Part shown: positions 1 to 12,645 of the stretch, piece after piece
Numbering within the stretch: position 1 is the stretch's first letter
Layout of the letters: each line of letters starts with the position of its first letter
Assembly: GCA_043228905.1 (NCBI GenBank)
Contig: JBHGNT010000004.1
Coordinates: 14,632,001-14,696,000, forward strand
Direction of reading: 5' to 3'
Origin: Azolla caroliniana
Taxonomy: Eukaryota; Plantae; Polypodiophyta
DNA: 64,000 nucleotides
Notes under the pieces: model-generated
Seen by the model: the letters and a program-made list of their open reading frames with translations, nothing else
Told to the model about the DNA's origin: nothing
Database searches by the model: none
Made by a program: the position numbers and the translations under genes

Positions 1-870
1 ACAGATCTTGGGAATGCACATAGTTTGAGACAGAACTCAAAAGGTGCTATGGTTGTCACAATAGAAGTATGTGACAAAGATCCTAGAGAGATTTAACATG
101 TCAGATGCAAAACCGGTCAGCTCAGTATTGCCGACAAACTATAGGTTAAATGCGAAGCAGTGCCCGAGAGAGGAGAAGGAGAAGGCTGAGATAAGGAAGG
201 TACCATATGCCTCGGCTGTCAGCAGCCTAATGTATGTTATGGTCTATACAAGACCAGACACAACATTTGTTGTAGGAGTAGTAAGCCGATATATGAGTAA
301 TCCAGGGAGAGAACACTGGGCAGCAGTGAAGTGGAAACTCAGGTACTTAAAGGGCACCTCGGGGCTGTGCCTAAGGTATGGTGTTGGAAAACCTGTGCTA
401 GAAGGTTTTACCGATTCGGACATGTCGGGAGATGTTGACTCAAGCCGATCCGCGTCAGGGTACACGATGACCTATGCAGGGGGAGCAATGTCATGGCAGT
501 CACGACTGTAGAAGTCTGTAGCCTTGTCGACTATAGAGGCAAAGTATATGGCAACAGTAGGGGCTGACAAAGAGCTAATTTGGATGAGAAATTTTCTCAA
601 TGAATTAGGGATGAATTAGAAGGAGTTCTTGCTTCACTGTGATAGCCAAAGCGCCATACACCTTGCCAAGAATGCTGCATACCACTCCCGGACAAAGCAC
701 ATACAGAGAAGGTATCATTGGTTGTAGGAGAGAGTTGAAGAAGGAGAGTTTTCTCTTGTGAAGATCCATACTGATGACAATGGATCCAACATCCTCACGA
801 CGAACCTACCTATGGACAGATTTAGAGTCTATCGATAGAAGACAGGATTGACTGAATCCCTCCCATAGGA
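1..870 (+). pseudogene. Ty1/copia pol 3' end (RT C-terminus + RNase H), degraded, Tnt1/Tork-like
   Basis: ORF 71-511 has VPYASAVSSLMY..TRPD, HWAAVKW.LRYLKGT and GFTDSD. Downstream frames read ALSTIEAKY, CDSQSAIHLAKN..YHSRTKHI, with in-frame stops. Confidence 0.93.
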
Positions 871-884
871 GTGAAGGGGGAGTT

Positions 885-1442
885 TGTTGGGAATATTTCC
901 CTCTAGTGGGAGGAACCGACAGTTCGGAAGTAGCCGATAGTCGAAGAGTCGAAGGAACCGACTGTTCGGAAATAGTTGACAGTCGAAGAGTTGAAAATAG
1001 AGAGTCGATTGTTTAAACAAATTATTATTATTGTTATAGTAATAATAATAGTAATGATATGTAGCAATGGTTACAATTGTAAATAGTTCATACAATGTCT
1101 CAGAACATATACATCTAGGGCAAACAGACGCGATGTGTGTGTGTAGAACAGAAGTAGCGCGTGAGCGTGAGAGACAGAGAGTGAGTGAGAGTGGCGCCAT
1201 AGCTGTGTGCGTAACAACAGACGCCAAGAGCCCTACGTGGCTAATACACTCGAGGAAGTGTTGTAATCTCTCTGTTGTATATCCACTATACATAGTGAAG
1301 CTCTATTCCTGTGGTTTTCTCCTGTTTTAGGGTTTCCACGTTAAATCTTTGTGCACCATTGTTGTCCTGTTTTCTGGCATATTTGTGATTTGTATTTCAG
1401 CACAATTCAGTTATTGTGATTTGACCGAATGATTTCTCAACA
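885..1442 (+). repeat. 3' LTR of the copia element entering from the left edge
   Basis: Preceded by PPT gagtgaagggggag (869-882). Begins TGTTGG and ends CTCAACA. Related to the solo LTR at 46062-46649. Confidence 0.88.
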
Positions 1443-2754
1443 CTCTTCTCATATGATGTTCAAGTGTGCAAAATTACTTGGGGTATTAGAGAAATTTTGT
1501 CATAGTAGTGGACTAGCAGTGAATGTGGACAAAACAAAAATGATGGTAGTGCAAACCATCCAACCTCATCATTACTGTATGCTCACATATAGAGGTGAAC
1601 ATATAAAATTTGTTCAAAGCTTTAAATATCTTGGCATTAATGTATCCGCCACAAATAAATGGAGTGCATGCTTTGATTCTAGGCTCCAAGCCGATTGGAA
1701 ATCGTATTACCTTTTGTAGAACCAATGCTACCAAAGTGATACTTGTGGATGGGAAATAAAACTAATGTTGTCCAATGCCATGGTAACTCAAGTATTGCTT
1801 TATGGAGTAGAAGTATGGGGTGGCACCATCTCTCTTAATGCATGGAATGAGATTTAGAAAATTCAAAATATGTTTTTAAGGAGGGAATCAGGAGTTAAAT
1901 GCATTACCTCTTACCAAGTTATGCTCTTGGAAATAGGTGTTCGACCCATAGAACTATTGGCACTCCAAAATGTATATAAATACATTACAAAAGTCAAGGA
2001 TATGCCGAATAATCGATTACCACATCTTGCTTGGAATGTTGGATGTAAGCTACAAAAGAATCATAAAAGTAAGATTCTCTCATCTGGTTGGGTTGTTGAC
2101 ATAAGGAAATGGTTTAGAAGATGGGGCTTGGATGATCGTTTAGAGATTTCGGGCAATGTTATGCAGTATGTAATTATTGAGGAAAGGTAGGTGGAATCAT
2201 TAAGGATGAAGTGGGAAGATGCTAAGAGGACAAAGCTAGAATACTACATTGCAAATGTCAACCCTGAATGTTGGTCTCAATATAAAGCAAGAATGCCAAT
2301 TGATCGTATCCAACGTTATCTCATTACCAATATGAGTAGTAATGCTCGTAGAGCCCTTACACCAATTCACACTCGATCTCACAACTTAGGTATTGATGTT
2401 GCATCATGGTATCAAAATGTAACTAATTTGAAGACGTGCAAAGTATGCAATGAAGACATGGTAGAGGATGAATGTCACTTGCTCTTCACATGCTTGACAT
2501 ATAGTGCAATTCGTTCAAGATATGTTGACATACTAAGAGGGAGTGATAACTTAAGTGCCATACTTAAGACACCACTGAGAAGGTTGAGCTCATATGTGTA
2601 TGCTTTATTCACACATAGAGATTTTGTGCTTCAATGTATGAATACCCCTTCTTAGGAAGGAGCCACATATCAAGAACACATGTATACTATGGTCCCATAG
2701 GTCAAAATTGGCCTCTTTATGGACAATAAAAATTCTAATTCTAATCCTAATTCT
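1443..2754 (+). mobile_element. Non-LTR retrotransposon (LINE) 3' half, RTE/RTEX-like, degraded
   Basis: RT motifs GLAVNVDKTKMM and FKYLGI, then RLPHLAW, RSHNLGI and a C-terminal CKVC..VEDECHLLFTC knuckle. Ends in AATAAA (2725-2730) plus an imperfect (AATTCT)n tail (2731-2754). Confidence 0.85.
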
Positions 2755-2861
2755 CTCTATGTGTATTTTTTGAGCTTTCCAGTAAACCTTCATTTAGTTT
2801 ATGTTGTTATCCTATTGTAACTGGTTGTGTCATTTAGCTTCCACACGCTATTCTTCTCACA
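2755..2861 (+). repeat. U5 end of a copia family-B LTR, interrupted by the LINE
   Basis: Ends gcttccacacgctattcttctcaca, the reverse complement of the family-B LTR terminus seen at 5671, 17753 and 44603. Confidence 0.6.
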
Positions 2862-2944
2862 TGGGAAACATGTCCTTTCTATCTACGAATGGTCAACACT
2901 AGCACAATCCGACCACAAGGGCTGATTCGACAATTGGATATTTA

Positions 2945-3632
2945 AGTTTGACTTCACCAGAGAGGACTCACTCGCGGAGGAAGTGATAGTGCACCTCGAT
3001 TTGCTTTGTTCATGTGGAGGATGGGGTTCTTTGCTAACTAGATGCTGCTAAGGTTTTCACAATATATGGATGTCAGCTCGAACACCTCTACATGCAGATC
3101 CTTTGATAGTCGTTTGAGCCAAATGGCTTCGCATGTGGTGACAACCGCCCCTCGATACTCGGCCTCAATGCTTGACAATGCCACTATCACTAGCTTTTTA
3201 CTACTCCAAGCAATTTCGATGCTTCCCAATGAAAACACGAATCCAAATGTTGACCTGCGATCACCAGCATTTCCGGCCCAATTGGCATCTGTGTAGCCGA
3301 CTAACTCATCGGCTACTCCTGCCTAATACAACAACGCTCTGTCCTTAGTGTCATTGACATACCTCAATATCCTTTGTGCACATTGAAGGTGTTCAACCTT
3401 TGGCTGCGAGATGAATTGATTAATCAAGCCAACCAGGTAACTGGGATCTGGCTGAGTGATCGTCAAATAAATGAGGCGTCCGACAATTTGTTGAAACCGT
3501 GTCGGGTCGCACGTCGTTCCCAAATATCGGAGAAACTTCACATTTTTGTCCAAAGGGGTTGAGACAGATATACAATCTGCCATCCCAAACTTGAAGAGGA
3601 TATTGAGCACATGTTGGCGTTGTCTAATCAAT
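2945..3632 (-). pseudogene. Ty1/copia family-B RT/RNase H fragment
   Basis: ORFs 3323-3694 and 3038-3238 read HVLNILFKFGMADC, LIYLTIT.PD, WSSKK..VALSSIEAEY. Confidence 0.85.
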
Positions 3633-5670
3633 GCTTCCGTCCTAGGTTTGACATGTACTGGTTGACGACCCCTACGACATTTGCAAGAGGTCAAGTTGCC
3701 ACCATCGCGTACATGATACTTCCTACGGCTAATCGGTAGGGTATCTTTCCATTGAGCTCTCTCTCCTTGTCCGTTGAAGGAGAGTCTCTATCCGATATTC
3801 GGATCAACGTTGGGAGTGGAGTTGGTGTTGATTTTGCGTTCTCCATATTGAAGCGCCTCAACACCTTTCGAATGTAGTCGGACAAGGAGAGTCTGAGAGT
3901 TCTGGTCGTCCAATTTCTCTTGATCCTCATGCCTAGTATATGTTGGGCTTGTCTGAGTTCCTTCATCGTGAACTTTTCGTGAAGCCTTCGCTTTAAGTTT
4001 TCGATTTTAGCTTGATTGCTCCCTACAATTAACATGTCGTCGACGTATAGGATCAGATATATTCGGGACTCGTCGGTGAGTTGCCGAGTATATAAACATG
4101 GGTTGGAGTCGAACCAGTTGTAGCCGAGTTGTCGGATGTAGGAGTTGAACTTCAGGTACCACATCTTCGGTGCTTGTTTTAAGCCGTATAGGGTTTTCTT
4201 CAGTCGGCATGCGAGGTGACTTTCCTCCCCCGTCTCAAGATGCCTACCGGTTGGGACATGTAAATGTCCTCTTCCAAGTCTTCTGTTGGATTGCCGTCTT
4301 GACGTCCAACTGCTCAAGCTCTAAATCCTCTGTCGCCACGACCCCTCGAAGGGTGGTCATCTTGACTACTAGGGAGAAAGTCTCACCGTAGTTGACCCCA
4401 TGTTCCTATTTGAACCCTTTCGGGATGAGCCGAGCTTCCTTCCAGCTGGTAGTTCGACTAGCTCCCATGTCCTATTCTAATGAATTGCATCCATCTCGGA
4501 TTGCATGGCTTGTAGCCATGCGTCGGCATCCAGTGCAGCTATAACTACTTCGTATGTGCTTGGTTCGCCTGCATTAGTGTAGTTGATGTAGTCGAGGCCC
4601 GGATCTCCTGGGTGCCTTATTGATCGGTTCAAATCCATCGATCAGCTCTGTCGATCGATCGACATTTGTTGAACCACTTATGTCAAGAGAGTCCTGTTGG
4701 ATGACTCGCCCCTGTAATAGGACTTTGGCGATGTCACGTCATCCTCCCCTACTTCGCGATCGATTAACTTGAACATAGGAGTCTTAACCGACTTATGTCG
4801 GCTTTTCCCCTTATCATTTTTGGGTGTGTCGACCAAATTGGCTTTGTCTTTTTTGACTGGACACTTCTTGGCTTTGATTGTTTCAACTCTTGTCGATACA
4901 AGTTTGCCTTGGTTGGCTTGTGTTGTTCTTGTCAATCTCTTGGTCGAATCCGTTTCGACTAGTGGATCTTTTGCCAATTCGGAGTCGGCAGGTGTGGTGT
5001 TGGCTCGGTCGATTTCGACTGTTTGTCGAATGTCCGATTCGGCCCGGTGGGTCGGTCTTTCTACGATGTCTCTATCGACTTCGAAGGTCCCAACTATTTT
5101 CTGTTGGTTCCTATCGACGTCGCTACTCCGGATCAATTTCTAGTTCTCTGGGTCCCTTAGACGGTAGCCAAAGTCCCCATCAGTTCCATAACCGAGAAAT
5201 ATGCATTTAGTTGCATGGGGCTCCAACTTGGTCCTTTTCTCCCTGGGGATGAATGCATAGGCTTCGCATCCGAATATAGAGAGCCTATTGTAGGTCGGCT
5301 ATTTTCCTGACCATAATGGTTGTGGCATTTCGAGCTTGTTTGATTTCAACGATGATAGATTTAACAGGTAAACTGCCATCTACAACGCTTCGGCGCAGAA
5401 CTCTAGATTTAGTTCAATTTGCTAGAGCATTACCGTCACCCTCTCCTAGGTTGTTCGGTTGATCCATTTAGCCACCCCATTTTGCATGGGTGTGTATGGA
5501 ACGATCTCCTGGTGCCAGATCCCCTTGTCGGACAAGTATTGTTTGAAGGCTTGGGAGGTGTATTCCCCTCCATTGTCGGATCGGAGTGTCTTCACTTTGT
5601 ATCCTGAGCAGTTATCCACTTCAGTTGTCCACCGAGTGAGGACCTCGAGTGCTTTGTCTTTGGACCTAAT

Positions 5671-6123
5671 TGTAGAAAGTAGCGTGCGGAAGCAAGTATG
5701 AAGACCGAACAGAAGGAAGACCACTCAGGTTTAATGGAGAGCTTGAGCTTACGCAATATACTCGGGAGAGACAGAGATGGTGAGAGAGAGAGAACACAAG
5801 AACTATATTCAACAAAAACAATCTCTATTCACCACACTCTATACATATGTGTGTTCAATGAACACTTTTATACAAGTCCTAGAAGGACTGACCGAAGTAC
5901 TCATAGTACTTCAATGCTCATTGAGAGCTCCTACACTAACTCCCAAATATATTCCTCACGGAATATCTTTCTTAACGGCCTCCCGGTTTCCACACCGATC
6001 CGGCCCTACCTACGCACCGGTCTACGTACCGGTTTACGCACTCGGCCTAACCGATCGGTCCCAACTGATCCGGTCCTCGGCTTCTTCAGCCGATCCGGCC
6101 GATGTTGAGCTTGTCTCTCAACA
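5671..6123 (-). repeat. 3' LTR, copia family B
   Basis: TG...CA termini, direct repeat of 10994-11446, PPT immediately adjacent. Confidence 0.95.
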
Positions 6124-9100
6124 CTCCCCCTCAAGCTCAACTTGAGGCTCTTCGGGATCTTCGAGCTCACAGCTCCGGTTCCTCCTGGCTTCACGCCTCC
6201 CTCGCGCTCCTCGACCTCTTTGACTCTGCACGCTTCGACCCTTCCGGTCGGCTTGTCTGCTCATGTGGCCCTTATCAGCTCTTTTGTTGTTGCGGTGTTG
6301 ACGCTTCTCCTGTTGCCTTTTCTTCCCCATGGGCCTCGGTTGATTCAGCGTATCTGAATCAAACATCCGAACCGACTCGGCTACCTCCGATCGATTTTCG
6401 CTCTCGTCTGAGTTGGGTGTCTCCAACTCGTCTTCAGTCTTCTCGCCCTCGATGGCGTCATCTTCCCCATGCGTGGTTGGCTTCGGCTCTCTCCTTCGGT
6501 TGCTCCCCTTCTGTCCGCTTCCAATCTTTTCCGCGGGTCCGCCCTCGGCTTCTTCAGCCGATCCGAAGCCGAACTCGACAACCGAGTCAACAACCGAGTC
6601 AACCGACTCGGTGTCGCGGTCTCCGCTCCTTTCCTGCTGCCTTGCTTGGTCGTTCGGGATTGTTCTCCCCCTCAAGTTTGGCACGTCGAGGTGACGCAAT
6701 CCGAGCGCACCGGAGAATTGCCGCAACTTGTCCAGACCAAGAGGCTTGGTGAAGATGTCGGCAGTCTGCCAATCCATCGGAACGTACTAAAGTTCGACTT
6801 CACCGGAAAGGACACGCTCACGGACGAAATGGTAATGCACCTCAATGTGCTTGGTCCGTGCGTGGAAAACGGGGTTTTTCGCGAGCTGGATGCTGTTGAG
6901 GTTGTCGCAGTAGATCGTCGTCGGTTCTGACACCTCCTCTTGCAGGTCTGTAAGTAGCCGCTTCAACCATATGTCTTCGCATGTCGTGACAGCCGCTCCT
7001 CGGTACTCAGCTTCGGTGCTCGACAGTGCAACTGTCGGCTGCTTCTTACTGCTCCACGCGATCGCGGCACTCCTGAGGGAGAATGCGTATCCAGACGTGG
7101 ATCGACGATCGGCGGCGTTGCCAGCCCAATCAGCATCGGTGTAGCCGACTAACTGCACGGCTGCACCGGTCTGATATAGCAGTCTGCGGTCTCTAGTGCC
7201 GCTTACATACCACAGTACGCGTTGCGCACACTGAAGGTGCTCCTCGGTAGGTCGGGTCGAGTGATGGTCAAGTATATGAGGCTTCCAACAATTTGTCGGA
7301 ACCTCGTCGAGTCGCATACCTTTCCCGTCTCGGGACGAAGCTTGATGGTTCTGTCCAGAGGAGTCGAGACGGACTTACAGTCGGCCATCCCGAATTTGAA
7401 GAGCATACCCAACACGTAATGACGTTAGCTGATCAATATGCCTTCGGGGGTACAGATCACTTCGATCCCGAGGAAGTAATGAAGTTCCCCCAGATCCTTC
7501 ATGTCGAACGATGCCGCAAGCTGAAGCTTCACGCGATCGATTTCTCCTAGGTCGGCGCCAGTGATGACCAAGTCATCAACATACAGTAAATACTAACCGG
7601 TCCGAGTCGACCTTTCCGGATGAACAGGGAAGAGTCCGATTTTGACGTGACGAAGCCCATCCGACGCAGTTGTTGCGTGATCTTCGCGTTCCAGGCACGC
7701 GGGGCTTGCTTCAGTCCGTAAAGGGACTTCTTCAGTCGGCATACTGCCGAGGAGTTCGTTCCGGAGTGAAATCCGGGGGGCTGTACCATGTACACTTGTT
7801 CCTCAAGGTCACCTTGCAGGAACGCATTCTTTACATCCATTTGATGTAGGTGCCACCCCTTCGCCGCAGCTACTGCGAGCAAAACACGGACGGTCGTCAT
7901 TTTCTCGACCGGCGCAAACGTCTCATCGTAGTCGATGCCGTGTTTTTGCGCGTAGCCCTTTGCCACTAGCCGAGCCTTGTACCGGTTAACGGAGCCATCA
8001 GTGTTGTACTTGACCTTGTACACCCACCTACACCCGATTGTTTTTACCCCTGTTGGTGCATCAACCAGGTCCCAGGTCTCGTTCTCCGCCAATGCGTGCA
8101 TCTCTTCCTCCATCGCGGCACGCCAATTCGCGTCTTTAGCCGCTTCGGCGTAGCTCTCCGGCTCACGCACTTCCGCTACACGGGTCATGTACGCATAATG
8201 ATGCGCCATGTACTCGTTGTATCCGAACCGCAAAACAGGATTCTTCTAGCGGGTAGATCGGCGTAATCTCACATTAGCCGATGTTTAGACCTTCTCGGTC
8301 GACGCGGTCTTCACCTTTAAAGACCCGTTACCGGTTCCCTAGGAGTCGAACTCACGTCGGTCTGACTCGTTCCTATCCGTGCCGGAATCTGACACCTTCT
8401 TCTTCCCTTTCTCTTTGCGCGTAAGTCGTCTCCTCGGCTTCCTGCATGGGGAATGCATGGCCGAGTCTCCACTACTCGCCGGCTCTTCATCGGACTGGTC
8501 GTACCGACTCAGTCGTCCAATCGGTCCACTTAATCAGAGTGAAATCGGACTCTCTTCGCGGGTCTCGATTTCGGGCTCATCCGGAGGCATCTCGGCCTCG
8601 CTGACCTCATCATCAAAACTCGGATTGGAGTCGGGGTTCGGAGTCGGGGGCTGGTACCAGGACGAGGACTCGTCAAACACAACGTCGCGGCTAACACACG
8701 CTTCTTTGGTGCGAGGGTTATAGCACTTATAACCCTTCTGCTCGTCCGAGTAACCGACCAAGATGCATTTCTCGGCCTTTGCGTCCTGCTTCCTCCTTTT
8801 CTCCTTCGGTACATGCACATACGCAATGCTACCGAACACCCTCATGTGTTGCAAGTTTGGCCTCGTTCCGAAATATAGCTTGTGCGCCGACACTTTGTCT
8901 CCAATCCGGTTCTGGATGTATACCGCGGTCCTTACCGCCTCAGCCCAGTAGAACTTGGGCAAGCTCTTCTCCTCTAGCATTGCCCGTGCCGCTTCCACAA
9001 CTGACCGATTCTTCCTCTCAGCCACGCCGTTCTGCTCCGGCGTGTATCTACAACTGAATTCGCGCTGAATTCCCATTTGTTGTAGATAACCGTTGAATTG

Positions 9101-10924
9101 ACCAGAAAAGTACTCTTTTCAGCCATCCAACCGCAGGCACTTGATCTTTCATCCTGTTTCCGTTTCCACGAACACTTTGAGGTCACGGAAACAGTCGAAG
9201 ACTTCGCTCTTCCTCTCAATGAGGTAGATCCACGTGTGCCACGTGTGGTCGTCGATGAAGGAGACGAAATATCGGCTCCCGCCAAGACTAACGTTTTGTG
9301 CCGGCCCCCACACATCGGAGAGTATAAGGTCGAGCTTGTTCCGACTCCGGTTTCGCTCGTTGGGGAAAGGAAGTCGGTGTTGCTTCCCGAGCTGGCAGGC
9401 TTCACAAATTTGTGCCTTTCGGCCACTAAACTTGGGCAATCCGAACACTACCTGTTTCGATTGCAGATCTTGAAGCCACTGGTTGTTGACATGGCCTATC
9501 CGCTTGTGCCACAAGTCGATGTCCGACTCGGCTTTTTGTCCCTTTGCGAACATTGCGGTGCCGCCGTCAGTGGAGTCGAGGATGAACACCCTCCCGTCTC
9601 TGTGCCCTTGCGCAATCACACGGCCTTCTTCCTCAATGAAGCACCCGAGGTGTGTAAACCGAACCTCCATCCCTTGGTCGACGATCTGTCCGACCAAGAC
9701 CAAGTTCTTCGTGATTGTCGGAACGTGCAACACGTTCATGAGTTTCCCTTTCTGCCTGACATGGCTAAGGGGAACTTCTCTGACATTCGCGATCGGAGGC
9801 GGAGTGTCGTCTCCAGTTTCGACTACTCCAGGTTGTATCGGTTTTTCAAGGTACGAGAACCACTCCTTATGGCTCGTCATGTGGTTTGACGCGCCGGAGC
9901 CTATGTACCACACCTCGTCTGATCTCGGGGTGGTTCATTTCATTGAGTTTGCTTCGTGTCTCATCACGAAGGCAGACCCTTCTCCGGCTCTCCTGGAGTC
10001 TTTGGCGTAGTGCGATCGCTGCCGATTTCCCTTGTCGGTATGTCCGGAGCCGTTTCCGGAACCGGTTCTCTCCGACTCGGCGTGCTTCTTCCAATACTCA
10101 CTTTCCCTGTGGCCTTTCTTGCCACAGTACCAGCACTCCATGATGGCCTTCCCTTGCCGGTTCTCATCGCTTCGACTCCCCTTGTTTCCGGAGGGTCCGG
10201 AGTTGCTGTCGGCATCACTTCGGTGCCTTCTTCCTTGATCTCGTCGGCCGCCTCCATTGCGCGCCGACTCGCCTCGTCCTCCACATCCACGGGGCCTATC
10301 TCCCTCTGTGTATAGCATTCTGCTGTCGGTGTGCGTGCTTGTAGACGCACCCGCGTGGTTCTCCTCTACCAGGAGCATTGACTGTAAGTCGAAAAAGGAC
10401 GGCGTATTCTCCCGGGTACACACAGCCGTTCGGAACGCTCCGAACTTCGACGCCAAACCTCCGAGACAGATCTGGATCATCTCACTCTCCTCGATGTTCA
10501 CCTCTATGGAGGCGAGGGAGTCACAGATATCCTTGATCTTCGAGGTATAGTCCGCCACCGACAAGTCGCGTTGTCGTAGGTTGCTCAACTCCTGTCGGAG
10601 CTAAAGCTTCCTGGCTGTGGTGCTCGCGGTGAAAATCTTCTTCAGATTTTCCCACACACCCTTCGGCGTCTTTGCATCCCGAACATAGCTCAATATTTGT
10701 TCGCCCACACACGACGCGAAGCAGTATAATACCCTGCTCGCCGATTGCTCCTACGACGGGAAGTCTCTGTGTGTCGATTCGGGTGCCGCGTCATTAGCTC
10801 CTTCAACATAACTCCAGTAGCCGTGCCTGAGCAGGTACTGGTGCATCTTGTAGGACCAAGACGCGTAGTTAGTTCTGGCGAGCTTCTCTGTTGGAAGCGA
10901 GCTCGCCATGCCTCTATCCATCAT
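6118..10924 (-). pseudogene. gag-pol polyprotein of copia family B, broken by stops and frameshifts
   Basis: gag (9935-10588, CWYCGKKGH), protease WYIGSGASNHMT, GAG-pre-integrase LWHKRIGH, integrase [34 protein letters not shown], RNase H GYTDADW/SSTEAEY. Confidence 0.93.
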
Positions 10925-10981
10925 TCTTCTTGTTCTTCTTCGTCAAGCTGTGTCGGCTGCAGAGAGGTTCTCAACCCTCGC

Positions 10982-10993
10982 GCTCTGATACCA
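10982..10993 (-). promoter_or_regulatory. PBS complementary to initiator tRNA-Met
   Basis: Reads TGGTATCAGAGC on the minus strand, directly after the 5' LTR. Confidence 0.93.
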
Positions 10994-11446
10994 TGTAGAA
11001 AGTAGTGTGCGGAAGCAAGTATGAAGACCAAACAGAAGGAAGAACACTCAGGTTTAATGGAGAGCTTGGGCTTACGCAGTATACTCGGGAGAGACAGAGA
11101 CAGTGAGAGAGAGAGAACACAAGAACTATATTCAACAAAAACAATCTCTATTCACCACACTCTATACATATGTGTGTTCAATGGACGCTTTTATACAAGT
11201 CCTAGAAGGACTGACTGAAGTACTCACAGTACTTCAATGCTCATTGAGAGCTCCTACACTAACTCCCAAATATATTCCTCACGGAATATCTTTCTTAATG
11301 GCCTCCCGGTTTCCACACCGATCCGGCCCTACCTATGCACCAGTCTGCGTACCGGTTTACGCACTCGGCCTAACCGATCGGTCCCAACCGATCCGGTCCT
11401 CGGCTTCTTCAGCCGATCCGGCCGATGTTGAGCTTGTCTCTCAACA
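10994..11446 (-). repeat. 5' LTR, copia family B
   Basis: Direct repeat of 5671-6123, followed on the minus strand by the PBS. Confidence 0.95.
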
Positions 11447-12298
11447 CTAATTGAGTAGGCCTAGATCTTCCGTGTATAGTCATCAACAAATGTGATGAAG
11501 TACGGGGAGCCGCCTAGTAATCTCTCTAGCATCGGCCCACATATATCGACATGGATCAACTCTAGGGGCTGTCGTACCATCTAATATTGGAGAGAGTGTG
11601 GACTGCAGATCTGTTTCCTGTATCGGCAATGCTCACAGAAGTCCGTCTTTGTTGGGAGTTTTGGAATGTAGTCCACTGCCATCCGCCAATCTAGTTCGGC
11701 TTGAGACATATGGCCGAATCGACCATGCCATAAGTTCAAGTCTGTATTTTCGGCTACGTTCACGGCCCCTTCTAGATTGATCTCCATCATTGGATAGAAG
11801 TTATTGTACTTGTGTCCGTTTCCGATCTTTACATTTCCTCGACTTATCATCCATGTTGACTCACTCCGAGTCATTCTATACCCATCTTTGGGTAACATGT
11901 CGATGGAGACCAGACTCTGTTTTAGTGCGGGTACATGCCGAGCTTGGTGTAGGGTGATCATAGTGTCATTTGACAATATGACTGGCACTTCGCCAAATCC
12001 TACAATTCTATACTCCTGTCCATCATCTAGCCGGACTATGCCATTGGCTTCGGCTGAATAGTTCGAAAACCATTTGATGTTTAGGGTTACGTGGAATGTG
12101 GCACTGGAATCCAGCAATGATATATGTGCATCTTGCGCACTTTAGAGGGCTTCTCCGATCAATGATTCTTCTAATGAGAGGATTTCTCCCGATCGGGTGT
12201 CGGTAACATTGACTTGGTTGCCGACTAGAGAGTGGTTTGACTCGAACCGTCCTCGATTCCGCTCGGATTGCCAACCACTCTCTTTCCTTTTAATCGAC

Positions 12299-12645
12299 TG
12301 TTACCCATAAGAATATACGGGGAGGCATAAGGGTATGTGTAATGATGTGGTTGATGTGTATGTGTAAAGTAAATGAGTGTGTGAGGATGAGTATGTGTAT
12401 GGACACATGCACATAATTGTGCATGTGTACGAGAATGTGTAACGGTCTTATTTATAACGGTCATGTAACCGTTACATTCGATGTATTATATAAACCCCCT
12501 ATGGGGTATGTAATGAGATATACATTTTTCCCCTCTCATTTTGTGTCATTTTCAATTTGTCTTTCTCTCTAGCTCTCTCACTATCGTAACCCCCTTGGGA
12601 GGGGGGGTGAAGCCATTCTAGGCTTCACCCCCCACCCCAACAACA
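12299..12645 (+). repeat. Solo LTR (family E), same family as the LTRs at 47425 and 50598
   Basis: TGTTAC...AACAACA with TSD TCGAC on both sides. TATA-like tatataaa near 12487 and a 13-bp terminal hairpin at 12602-12633. Confidence 0.92.

Larger units (their letters stand above)
5671..11446 (-). mobile_element. Full-length Ty1/copia (family B) with both LTRs
   Basis: 453-bp LTRs at 5671-6123 and 10994-11446. 5-bp TSD CTAAT (5666-5670 / 11447-11451). Met-i PBS at 10982-10993 and PPT at 6124-6135. Confidence 0.96.

Noticed and set aside
6102-10550. Long + strand ORFs (e.g. 6102-6752, 9098-9889, 9483-10010) as genes
   Set aside because: These are shadow frames antisense to GC-rich copia pol, with no recognisable domains.
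12299-12645. Retrozyme (hammerhead ribozyme in a short LTR)
   Set aside because: I found no CUGANGA...GAAA core with flanking stems by eye in family-E LTRs. An Infernal search would be definitive.
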